A program made the translations under genes and the position numbers. Shown here piece by piece: positions 9,023 through 16,630 of a stretch of DNA of 64,000 bases. The DNA is from an uncultured Gammaproteobacteria bacterium (GTDB taxonomy: Bacteria > Patescibacteriota > Patescibacteriia > UBA11705 > DATKZF01). Every line of letters starts with the position of its first letter. Within the stretch, counting starts at the first letter, position 1. Below the pieces are notes generated by a model. The model saw only the letters and a list, made by a program, of their open reading frames with translations. It did no database searches and had not been told where the DNA came from. Location: positions 5,547 to 69,546 of the forward strand of contig CAYPKD010000005.1 in NCBI GenBank assembly GCA_964411255.1, written 5' to 3'.

Positions 9023-11005
9023 ATGAATGTAACAGAATTAGCTAGAATATTAAAAGTTCCGACAAGCGAGCTTTTGGATAAACTGCCAAAGCTTGGTTTT
9101 AGTATTGGGAAAAAAGCGATAAAGGTAAATGATAAATTAGCTCAGCAGATTATGATCGCCTGGCGAGCGCAGGAAAAGCAAAAGGTACAAGAAGAAAAAT
9201 ATTTATCAACAAAAGATCAGGAAGAAGAAAAGGAAGTGATTGAAAAAGGTGAGGTAAATATCCCACCTGTTTTAACGGTAAGAGATTTTTCAAAAATATT
9301 AAATATGCCTGTTACTGAAGTGATTGCAGAATTAATGAAAAATGGAGTCATGGCATCAGTAAACCAGCGTATTGATTATGATACAGCTGCAATTATTGCA
9401 GAAGAATTGGGATTCCAACCAACAGAAGAGGATGTGGAAGCCAAGTTTGAAGTCGATAAATCAGTAAGAGTTAAGGAAGTTTTAGAAAAAGAAAAAAAAT
9501 TATTAGACCGGGCGCCTGTTATTGTAGTTCTTGGCCATGTTGATCATGGAAAGACAAAGCTTTTGGATGCAATAAGAAAAACAAATGTTGTTGAAGGCGA
9601 GGCCGGAGGAATTACCCAACACATTGGTGCTTATCAAGTGAAAAAACAAGGAAGAAAAATTACTTTTATTGATACTCCAGGACATGAGGCATTTACAGCT
9701 ATGCGTTCCCGCGGAGCAAAAATAGCAGACATTGCCATTTTAATAATTGCTGCTGATGATGGCATTAAGCCACAGACCGTTGAAGCGTTAAAAATTGCCC
9801 AGGAAGCGGGTTTGACAATTGTAGTTGCTATCAATAAAATTGACAAGCCCGCTGCAAATGTTGAAAAAGTGAAGCAAGAGCTAACAAAATATAATTTATT
9901 ATCAGAAGAATGGGGAGGCAAAACAATTTGTGTTCCAATATCAGCGAAACAAAATATTGGCATTGATGAATTATTAGAACAGATTTTATTAGTGGCAGAC
10001 ATGGAAGCTGAAAAAATCGTAGCCAATCCGGAAGGACAATTTATTGGAAGTACGATTGAATCGCATGTTGATAAGAACGTAGGACCGGTAGCCACTGTTT
10101 TAGTGAAAAATGGAACGTTAACAAAAGGAGATTTGTTATCTGGTGATGGCGAGTATTTTGGAAAAGTAAGAGCAATGAAAAATTATAGAGGTGAAGAATT
10201 AGACGAGGCCGGCCCATCAGTCCCTGTTCAAATCATCGGTTTTAAGGTGGCGCCAAAAGTAGGAGATGTTATTGAAGTTGGTGGAGATATGAAAAAAGCT
10301 CGAAGAAAAACAGATTATTATAAATTAACAAAAGAAGAGGAATTTGTTAAAACGTCGCATGACTCAGAAGATAATGAAGAAAAAGAAGGCATTACAAAGC
10401 TGGCTATTGTTTTACGAACCGATGTTTTAGGCTCCCAGGAGGCGATTATTGAATCTTTAGAAAAAATTGAAACTGATGATATAAAAATAGACATTGTATC
10501 AAAAGGACTGGGCAGTGTAAATGAATCAGATGTGTTGGCTGCAGAAGCCAGTAATGCAATGCTTTTGGGTTTTAATGTTATTCCTTCAAACGCAGCTGAA
10601 GCACTGGCCAGAGATAAGGGTATTGAAATAAAAACATTTAAAATAATTTATGAAATAATTGATGAGGTGAAGGCACGGCTGAATGAACTTATTAAGGCTG
10701 AATTAATCAGGGAAGATTTAGGTAAATTGGAGGTTTTAGCGTTATTTAAAAAAACAGATAAAGGGCATATCATCGGGGGCAAAGTAATTGAAGGAAAAAT
10801 AGAGGCAAACACCAGTGCGGCAGTAATAAGAAATAAGGCATTTATAGGACTGGGTAAAATTACAGAGCTACAATCGGGAAAACAGGAGGTAAAAGATGTT
10901 CAAAAGGGCCAGGAAGCCGGACTTTCATTTGAAGGACAGGCTGATATTGAAATTGGCGATATTTTAGATATTTATCGTGAGCGGGAACAGAAGAAAGTCA
11001 TTTGA
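9023..11005 (+). CDS. infB: Translation initiation factor IF-2
   Basis: GHVDHGKT, DTPGHEAF and NKID GTPase motifs. One of the few core genes with an SD (AAAGGAG). Confidence 0.97.
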   Translation: MNVTELARILKVPTSELLDKLPKLGFSIGKKAIKVNDKLAQQIMIAWRAQEKQKVQEEKYLSTKDQEEEKEVIEKGEVNIPPVLTVRDFSKILNMPVTEVIAELMKNGVMASVNQRIDYDTAAIIAEELGFQPTEEDVEAKFEVDKSVRVKEVLEKEKKLLDRAPVIVVLGHVDHGKTKLLDAIRKTNVVEGEAGGITQHIGAYQVKKQGRKITFIDTPGHEAFTAMRSRGAKIADIAILIIAADDGIKPQTVEALKIAQEAGLTIVVAINKIDKPAANVEKVKQELTKYNLLSEEWGGKTICVPISAKQNIGIDELLEQILLVADMEAEKIVANPEGQFIGSTIESHVDKNVGPVATVLVKNGTLTKGDLLSGDGEYFGKVRAMKNYRGEELDEAGPSVPVQIIGFKVAPKVGDVIEVGGDMKKARRKTDYYKLTKEEEFVKTSHDSEDNEEKEGITKLAIVLRTDVLGSQEAIIESLEKIETDDIKIDIVSKGLGSVNESDVLAAEASNAMLLGFNVIPSNAAEALARDKGIEIKTFKIIYEIIDEVKARLNELIKAELIREDLGKLEVLALFKKTDKGHIIGGKVIEGKIEANTSAAVIRNKAFIGLGKITELQSGKQEVKDVQKGQEAGLSFEGQADIEIGDILDIYREREQKKVI

Positions 11006-11006
11006 T

Positions 11007-11038
11007 TAAGGTGGTAGGCCGGTAGGATGGTAGTTTAA
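11007..11038 (+). repeat. TAGNNNGG-type 8-mer array
   Basis: TAAGGTGG TAGGCCGG TAGGATGG TAGTTTAA. Confidence 0.6.
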
Positions 11039-11134
11039 TTGAAGAAATATAAACTACTTGCTATTCTATTCTAACTTTTTTAATTTTCAATATTTTGATA
11101 TAATAAAATAGTCTCTAATAAATAAAATAAAAAT

Positions 11135-11458
11135 ATGGCAGAAATAATATTAACTGATGATAACTTCGAAGTTGAGGTTTTAAATTTTAATGGCCCAGTG
11201 TTGGTTGACTTTTATGCAGATTGGTGTGGACCATGCAAGATGCAAGGTCCGATTATTGATGATTTAGCTAAAGAGCTAGAAGGAAAAGAAGTAAAAGTTG
11301 GGAAACTGGATATTGATAAAAATCCAAGAACCGCGGAAAAGTATGAAGTGATGAGTATTCCTACCTTAGTTTTGTTCAAAGGCGGAGAAGTAAAAGAAAC
11401 TTTGCATGGAGTTCATAATAAAGATGATCTTAAAGCAAAATTAGAATCATTGATGTAA
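11135..11458 (+). CDS. trxA: Thioredoxin
   Basis: WCGPC active site, about 107 aa. Confidence 0.95.
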   Translation: MAEIILTDDNFEVEVLNFNGPVLVDFYADWCGPCKMQGPIIDDLAKELEGKEVKVGKLDIDKNPRTAEKYEVMSIPTLVLFKGGEVKETLHGVHNKDDLKAKLESLM

Positions 11459-11463
11459 TCCTG

Positions 11464-11486
11464 AGGGCTTGTATAGCCCTTTTTTG
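11464..11486 (+). terminator. Rho-independent terminator
   Basis: AGGGC-TTGTATA-GCCCT followed by TTTTTT. Confidence 0.6.
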
Positions 11487-11519
11487 TGTTGAAAATGTTT
11501 AATAATTCCCAATTTTCAT

Positions 11520-12509
11520 ATGACAGATAAAAATACAATTTATGATGTAATAATCATCGGTGCTGGCGCTGCAGGTTTGACAGCAGCCATTTATACTGGC
11601 CGAAGAGAATTGAAAACATTAATTTTGACAAAAGACATTGGCGGCCAGGCTGCGATGACTGATGAAATTGAAAATTGGCCTGGTGAAATTTCTATTTTAG
11701 GACCTGAACTAATGAATAAATTTAAAGCCCAAGCTGAAAAGTGGGGTGCAAAAATTGAATTTGCTGAAATAAAAGAGATTAAAAAAGAAAAAGATTATTT
11801 TGTACTACTTGCAGATGGAAAAGAATATAAAGCATTAACTATAATTTTAGGATTTGGACTTGAGCATAGGAAATTAGGAGTGAGCGGAGAGAAAGAATTT
11901 ACTGGAAAAGGAATATCATATTGCGCCACTTGTGATGGCCCATTATTTCGAGGGAAGACAATTGGTGTGGTTGGCGGAGGTAATTCAGCTTTGGATGCAG
12001 TTGAATATTTAGCAAAGCTGGCGGAAAAGGTTTATATGTTTATTAGAAAAGATACTTTTAGTCCAAATGCAGAGACAGTTCTTGTTGATACAATTCAGAA
12101 TTTGGAAAAACAAGGCAAAGTTGAAGTAATGTGGAACACAGAAGTAAAGGAAATAAAAGGAGAAAAATTAATGAATTCTGTGGAATTTGTTAATAATAAA
12201 ACGAATAAAACACAAGATTTAGAATTAAAGGGTTTATTTATTGAAATTGGCATGGTACCGCAGACAAAAGTGATTGAAGGCCTGGTTGATTTAGATGAAC
12301 GTGGACAAATAGTAATTGATCAGGGATGTAATACCAGCGTGCCTGGCATTTATGCTGCTGGTGATGTAACTATCAGTCCATATAAACAATTGGTCACTTC
12401 TGCTGGGGAAGGTGCAAAAGCAGCTTTATCAGCATATTCTCATATTCAGAAAACTCAGGGTAAAAAAGGCGGAGTTGGGAGTGATTTTACAAAAAAGAAA
12501 ATTATGTAA
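11520..12509 (+). CDS. trxB: Thioredoxin-disulfide reductase
   Basis: GxGxxG FAD motif (IIGAGAAG), CATCDG redox centre, GGGNSA NADPH motif. Confidence 0.93.
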   Translation: MTDKNTIYDVIIIGAGAAGLTAAIYTGRRELKTLILTKDIGGQAAMTDEIENWPGEISILGPELMNKFKAQAEKWGAKIEFAEIKEIKKEKDYFVLLADGKEYKALTIILGFGLEHRKLGVSGEKEFTGKGISYCATCDGPLFRGKTIGVVGGGNSALDAVEYLAKLAEKVYMFIRKDTFSPNAETVLVDTIQNLEKQGKVEVMWNTEVKEIKGEKLMNSVEFVNNKTNKTQDLELKGLFIEIGMVPQTKVIEGLVDLDERGQIVIDQGCNTSVPGIYAAGDVTISPYKQLVTSAGEGAKAALSAYSHIQKTQGKKGGVGSDFTKKKIM

Positions 12510-12620
12510 AAACAGATCAACGGATAGCAACAGATACAACGGAAATCAATTAATATCCGTTTCATCTGTTGTAGATCTGCCAGTCCTGAGCTTGTCGAAG
12601 GGTTGATCCGTTTGAATAAT
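12510..12620 (+). repeat. Shared intergenic hairpin element, copy 1 (abuts the gdh ATG)
   Basis: AACAGATC AACGGATA GCAACAGA TACAACGG.. words and inverted partners. The 3' end GTTGATCCGTTTGAATAAT runs into the ATG. Carries a 30-nt insertion ..GTCCTGAGCTTGTCGAAGG. Confidence 0.75.
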
Positions 12621-13844
12621 ATGAATGCATTTGAAAACGCAATGCAGCAACTTGATAATGCTGCGAAAATAATTAATTTAGATGAAAAAGTGCTTCAGTC
12701 ATTAAAAAGGCCTCAAAAGATAATTGAGGTTTCTTTGCCTGTGAAAATGGATGACGGCTCGTTAAAGTTTTTTGAAGGTTATCGCGTTCAATATAATAAT
12801 TGGCGAGGGCCATTCAAAGGCGGCATTCGGTTCTTTCCAGAAGTTGACAAGGACGAAGTAAAAGCTTTATCGTTTTGGATGACCATAAAGTGCGCTGTTT
12901 TAGATTTGCCGCTTGGAGGCGGAAAAGGCGGTGTTACTGTAAACCCGAAAGAACTTTCAGAAAAAGAGTTGGAAAATTTAAGCCGCGTTTATACCCGGGC
13001 TTTATATAATGACATTGGACCAGACAAAGATGTACCAGCGCCAGATGTTTATACCACTCCTCAAATTATGTCCTGGATGGCTGATGAGTATTCAAAAATT
13101 AAGAAAAAAAAGACACCAGGCGTGATTACCGGAAAACCGCTTGAAGCTGGAGGCTCTGAAGGCAGAAGTACAGCTACGGCTCAGGGAGGATTTTATTTGC
13201 TAAAGCACATTATGGAAATTGAGCAGAGAAAGCCTGAAAATCAAACAGTGGCTATTCAGGGATTTGGCAATGCAGGCTCAGTAATGGCGCAGCTTTGTCA
13301 TCAGGATGGATTAAAAGTAGTGGCAGTTTCAGATTCAAAAGGAGGAATTTATAAAAAAGATGGGTTAGACATTAAAAAAGTTATTGAACATAAAAAAGAA
13401 ACTGGATCAGTGCAAAATTTTGAAAATGCAGAAAATATTTCAAATGAAAAATTATTAGAGCTTGATGTGCAGTTTTTAGTGCCTGCAGCTTTAGAAAATC
13501 AAATAACGCGAAATAACGCAAATAAAATTGACGCCAACATTATTATTGAGCTGGCTAATGGACCGATTACGCCTGAAGCAGACATTATTTTATTTGAAAA
13601 AGGAATAAATGTTGTTCCAGATGTGCTGGCAAATGCAGGTGGGGTGACAGTTTCATATTTTGAATGGTATCAGAATGTAAATAATGAAAAATGGACAGAA
13701 AAAAAGGTTTTTGAAAAATTAAAACCCAAAATGATTGAAAATTACGATCAGGTTTTTGAAAAACGAAATGAATTTCAGGTTGATATGAGGCGGGCAGCGT
13801 TTGTGTTGGCCTTGGAAAGACTAAAGCAAACCTTTCCTTTTTGA
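12621..13844 (+). CDS. gdhA: Glutamate dehydrogenase (Glu/Leu/Phe/Val dehydrogenase family)
   Basis: KGGIRF and PLGGGKGG motifs. Start moved to ATG 12621 (MNAFENAM..); the track extension translates the repeat element. Confidence 0.9.
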   Translation: MNAFENAMQQLDNAAKIINLDEKVLQSLKRPQKIIEVSLPVKMDDGSLKFFEGYRVQYNNWRGPFKGGIRFFPEVDKDEVKALSFWMTIKCAVLDLPLGGGKGGVTVNPKELSEKELENLSRVYTRALYNDIGPDKDVPAPDVYTTPQIMSWMADEYSKIKKKKTPGVITGKPLEAGGSEGRSTATAQGGFYLLKHIMEIEQRKPENQTVAIQGFGNAGSVMAQLCHQDGLKVVAVSDSKGGIYKKDGLDIKKVIEHKKETGSVQNFENAENISNEKLLELDVQFLVPAALENQITRNNANKIDANIIIELANGPITPEADIILFEKGINVVPDVLANAGGVTVSYFEWYQNVNNEKWTEKKVFEKLKPKMIENYDQVFEKRNEFQVDMRRAAFVLALERLKQTFPF

Positions 13845-13871
13845 GTTTGGACACAATAATAACAATAAAAT

Positions 13872-14530
13872 ATGGATAATATAGCTAAAAAGAAAATTGA
13901 TGAGATTTACTCAACAGGTCAAGTTGTCTCAGAATTTGACAAGACCACACACACCATCTTTCCAGTTTCCATAGACCCAGTAGAAGGAAAAAGTTTACAA
14001 GAAGTTGTTAAGCAAGAGAATCCAAAGACAGTGATAGAAATAGGACTTGGTTATGGTTTCGCTGCGTTGAATGTTTTTGCAGGAATAAATATCTCAAAAG
14101 GAAAAGATTTTAGATACATAACCATTGATCCTAATCAAGAGAGTCGTTTTTCAAATATTGGACTTCAACTATTACAAGAAATTGAGGCATCTGATTGCGT
14201 TGAGTTTCATAACTCTCTATCTGAGCTTGTATTACCGCACCTTATTGAAGCAAATGAAAAAGCAGATTTCGCAATAGTGATGGTAATCACAGATTCGAAC
14301 ATGTTTTTGTAGATTTATTTTATCTGGATCGAATCTTAAAACCAGGTAGCATAATTTTTCTTGATGACTTTCAATTACCTGGAATTCAAAAAGTTGTTTC
14401 ATTTTTTGTAAATAATATTGAATGGAAAATTGAAGCAGAAGGAAGTATTTCAAAGGATCATCATTGGGTAACGTTACGAACTCGATCTGAAGTCTTGGAG
14501 CGAGATTATGATGCTTTTACTGATTTCTAA
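13872..14530 (+). pseudogene. Class I SAM-dependent O-methyltransferase (Methyltransf_24-like), frameshifted
   Basis: Motif I is VIEIGLGYGFAAL. The frame breaks near 14278-14283 (ATAGTGATGG). The +1 frame continues DGNHRFEHVFVDLFYLDRILKPGSIIFLDDF.. to the stop at 14530. Confidence 0.7.
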
Positions 14531-14541
14531 AACGAATAAAT

Positions 14542-15081
14542 ATGCTTGGATTGAATCGTAAAAATGTGAAATTATCAAAATATCATCCGGGCTGGAAAAA
14601 GGCTTTTGAGGATGAAAAGACAGCTATCCAAAAGAAATTAGGAGAATCCGTATTAGATATTGAACATATCGGCTCAACATCAATTCCAGGAATGAGTGCA
14701 AAGCCTGTTCTTGATTTTATGATTGCAGTAAAATCAGTTGATGACTATGAAAAATTTGTTGAGCCTCTAAAAAAACTTGGATACAAATTTCGAAGAGACA
14801 ACAGAGAAATTCAGGAACACATTTTATTTGTAAAAGGTCCTGAGGATTTAAGAACCCACTATCTCAAACTAACTGAAAAAGACTCTGAATTCTGGAAAGA
14901 ACATATTTTGTTCCGTGATTATTTAAGAAATCATCCTAAAACGGCTAGGGAATATCAAGAACTAAAAGAAAACCTGCAGGAATCTCTTGGGTCAAGCAGG
15001 GCTACTTACACTGAAGCTAAAGCAGAATTTATCCAAAAGATACTTAGACTGGTAAAAGCTGAGGAAAAGGCTAAACAGTAA
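14542..15081 (+). CDS. GrpB (UPF0157) family protein
   Basis: IEHIGSTSIPGMSAKPVLDFMIAV motif typical of GrpB. Confidence 0.85.
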   Translation: MLGLNRKNVKLSKYHPGWKKAFEDEKTAIQKKLGESVLDIEHIGSTSIPGMSAKPVLDFMIAVKSVDDYEKFVEPLKKLGYKFRRDNREIQEHILFVKGPEDLRTHYLKLTEKDSEFWKEHILFRDYLRNHPKTAREYQELKENLQESLGSSRATYTEAKAEFIQKILRLVKAEEKAKQ

Positions 15082-15118
15082 CCGCAAACGGCATTTGCTG
15101 AAATTTCCTATATTAATT

Positions 15119-15736
15119 ATGCACTACGAAAGAAAATTATTTAAAGAAGGATTTAATTATATCGCCGGCATAGATGAAGCCGGCCGCGGGGCCTGGGCAG
15201 GGCCTTTATTTGTTGGTGCTGTTATTTTACCAATAAAGAACTTATCTGAATTTGGTAATATAAAAGATTCAAAAAAACTAACAGCAAAAACAAGGGAAAT
15301 ACTCGAGGATAATATAAAGCAAAATTGTGTGAGCTGGGCAGTGGGAAAAGCTGAGAGTTATGAAATTGACGAGCTGGGATTACAAAATGCGCATTTGCTT
15401 GCGGTCGAGCGTGCATTTTTAACATTAAAGCAATATCCGGATTATGTATTGGTCGATCGAATTGCCAAAGTTAAATTCCCAATACCTTTTGAAAATATTA
15501 TTAAAGCTGATGATAAGTTTTTATGCGTAGGGGCAGCATCAATTATTGCTAAAGTTGGCAGAGATAGAGAAATGATTCGATTGGCTAAAGAGTTCCCTGA
15601 ATTTAAATTTGAAGATCATAAGGGTTATGGCACAAAGCTGCATCAGGATTTAATTGATCAATATGGATTATGCAAAATTCACCGTAGATTATTTTCACCA
15701 ATCCGGCAGCTTGACAAGGATTTACATTTGTTATAA
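15119..15736 (+). CDS. rnhB: Ribonuclease HII
   Basis: GIDEAGRGAWAGPLFVGAV, with ASIIAK later. Start moved to ATG 15119. Confidence 0.92.
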   Translation: MHYERKLFKEGFNYIAGIDEAGRGAWAGPLFVGAVILPIKNLSEFGNIKDSKKLTAKTREILEDNIKQNCVSWAVGKAESYEIDELGLQNAHLLAVERAFLTLKQYPDYVLVDRIAKVKFPIPFENIIKADDKFLCVGAASIIAKVGRDREMIRLAKEFPEFKFEDHKGYGTKLHQDLIDQYGLCKIHRRLFSPIRQLDKDLHLL

Positions 15737-15772
15737 TATTTTTTATTCATAATCAAAAAAGAGGGGGAGATC

Positions 15773-15892
15773 ATGGATTCACCATTTTGGCATCAAGTAA
15801 TTTGGATATTTGGTATTGTTGGAACATTATGTGTAGGTGCATTAATTTATTATTTAATTCGATGGTTAAAAGGGAAAAAAGAGATAAACTAA
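15773..15892 (+). CDS. 39-aa single-pass membrane peptide (below the track size cutoff)
   Basis: SD AGAGGGGGAG lies 4 nt before the ATG. Sequence MDSPFWHQVIWIFGIVGTLCVGALIYYLIRWLKGKKEIN. Own terminator follows. Confidence 0.55.
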   Translation: MDSPFWHQVIWIFGIVGTLCVGALIYYLIRWLKGKKEIN

Positions 15893-15903
15893 TATGAATA
15901 GTG

Positions 15904-15931
15904 ACAGAACTTCATAGAGTTCTGTTTTTTT
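15904..15931 (+). terminator. Rho-independent terminator
   Basis: ACAGAAC-TTCATAGA-GTTCTGT followed by TTTTTTT. Confidence 0.75.
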
Positions 15932-16059
15932 ATTATGAGATTACCACGATGTGGTCACTTCGTGACAAGATCCATAATACGAGATAATACAGATTACAGA
16001 TAGTACAAGATTAGCGGATTCCAAATAGTAATAAGCAATCAGCAATTAACAATCATTCC

Positions 16060-16088
16060 TTGACATAATTTTAAATAAATGATAACAT
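16060..16088 (+). promoter_or_regulatory. Sigma70-type promoter
   Basis: TTGACA, 17-nt spacer, TAACAT. Confidence 0.45.
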
Positions 16089-16133
16089 TGATAAATGTTG
16101 GGTGAGGTCAGACATCTAAAAAAGGAGGGGTAG

Positions 16134-16454
16134 ATGTCGAGAAGAAAAGACAGAGAAGAATCCAAACCAGGCGGTACGTATGATATTCCACTTGAAAAAG
16201 TGGTTGTCACAGCTCCTGGGCAAAAACCAGATGAAGTTGCTGCAAAAAAGCAGATTGCTCAAAAGGTTTTGAGTAGCCTGCCGCCTGCAGTGGACCGGGG
16301 TTTGCGAGTGGCGTTTGGTATTCCAGTGCCATCGAGTATGCCACTTTCTCAAAAAGAGGGCGCCAGCCCAGAAACAAAAGTTGAAATTGCAAAAATTGAA
16401 CGCAGGGCCTTGGAGCGGCTTCAAACGCAACAAGCAGTTGATTCATTAAAATAA
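16134..16454 (+). CDS. 106-aa hypothetical protein with a C-terminal IERRALERL helix reminiscent of sigma-70 region 4.2
   Basis: Strong SD AAGGAGGGG. G+C-richer than flanks. Antisense ORFs 16116..16433 and 16207..16446 lack an SD. Confidence 0.6.
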   Translation: MSRRKDREESKPGGTYDIPLEKVVVTAPGQKPDEVAAKKQIAQKVLSSLPPAVDRGLRVAFGIPVPSSMPLSQKEGASPETKVEIAKIERRALERLQTQQAVDSLK

Positions 16455-16469
16455 ATTCATTAATTTATT

Positions 16470-16494
16470 AAGGACTCTTTTGGGTCCTTTTTTA
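16470..16494 (+). terminator. Rho-independent terminator
   Basis: AAGGACTC-TTTT-GGGTCCTT followed by TTTT. Confidence 0.7.
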
Positions 16495-16495
16495 C

Positions 16496-16524
16496 TTGAT
16501 TTTTTGTAAAAATTCAGATAGAAT
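16496..16524 (+). promoter_or_regulatory. Sigma70-type promoter for leuS
   Basis: TTGATT, 17-nt spacer, TAGAAT. Confidence 0.45.
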
Positions 16525-16539
16525 AGTAATAGTTTTTAG

Positions 16540-16630
16540 AAAAACAGATCAACAGATCAGCAACGGATACAACGGAAATCATTTGACATCTGTTTCATCT
16601 GTTGAATATCCGTTGATCCGTTTGAACAAT
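16540..16630 (+). repeat. Shared intergenic hairpin element, copy 2 (forms the leuS 5' UTR)
   Basis: Same words as 12510-12620 and the same 3' end GTTGATCCGTTTGAACAAT before the ATG. Lacks the 30-nt insertion. Confidence 0.75.

Noticed and set aside
12412-12606. 64-aa ORF (..VVDLPVLSLSKG) and the N-terminal extensions of gdh (12603) and leuS (16496). Also ORF 29990..30211.
   Set aside because: They are translations of the shared intergenic hairpin element. The conserved protein sequences begin at ATG 12621 and ATG 16631.
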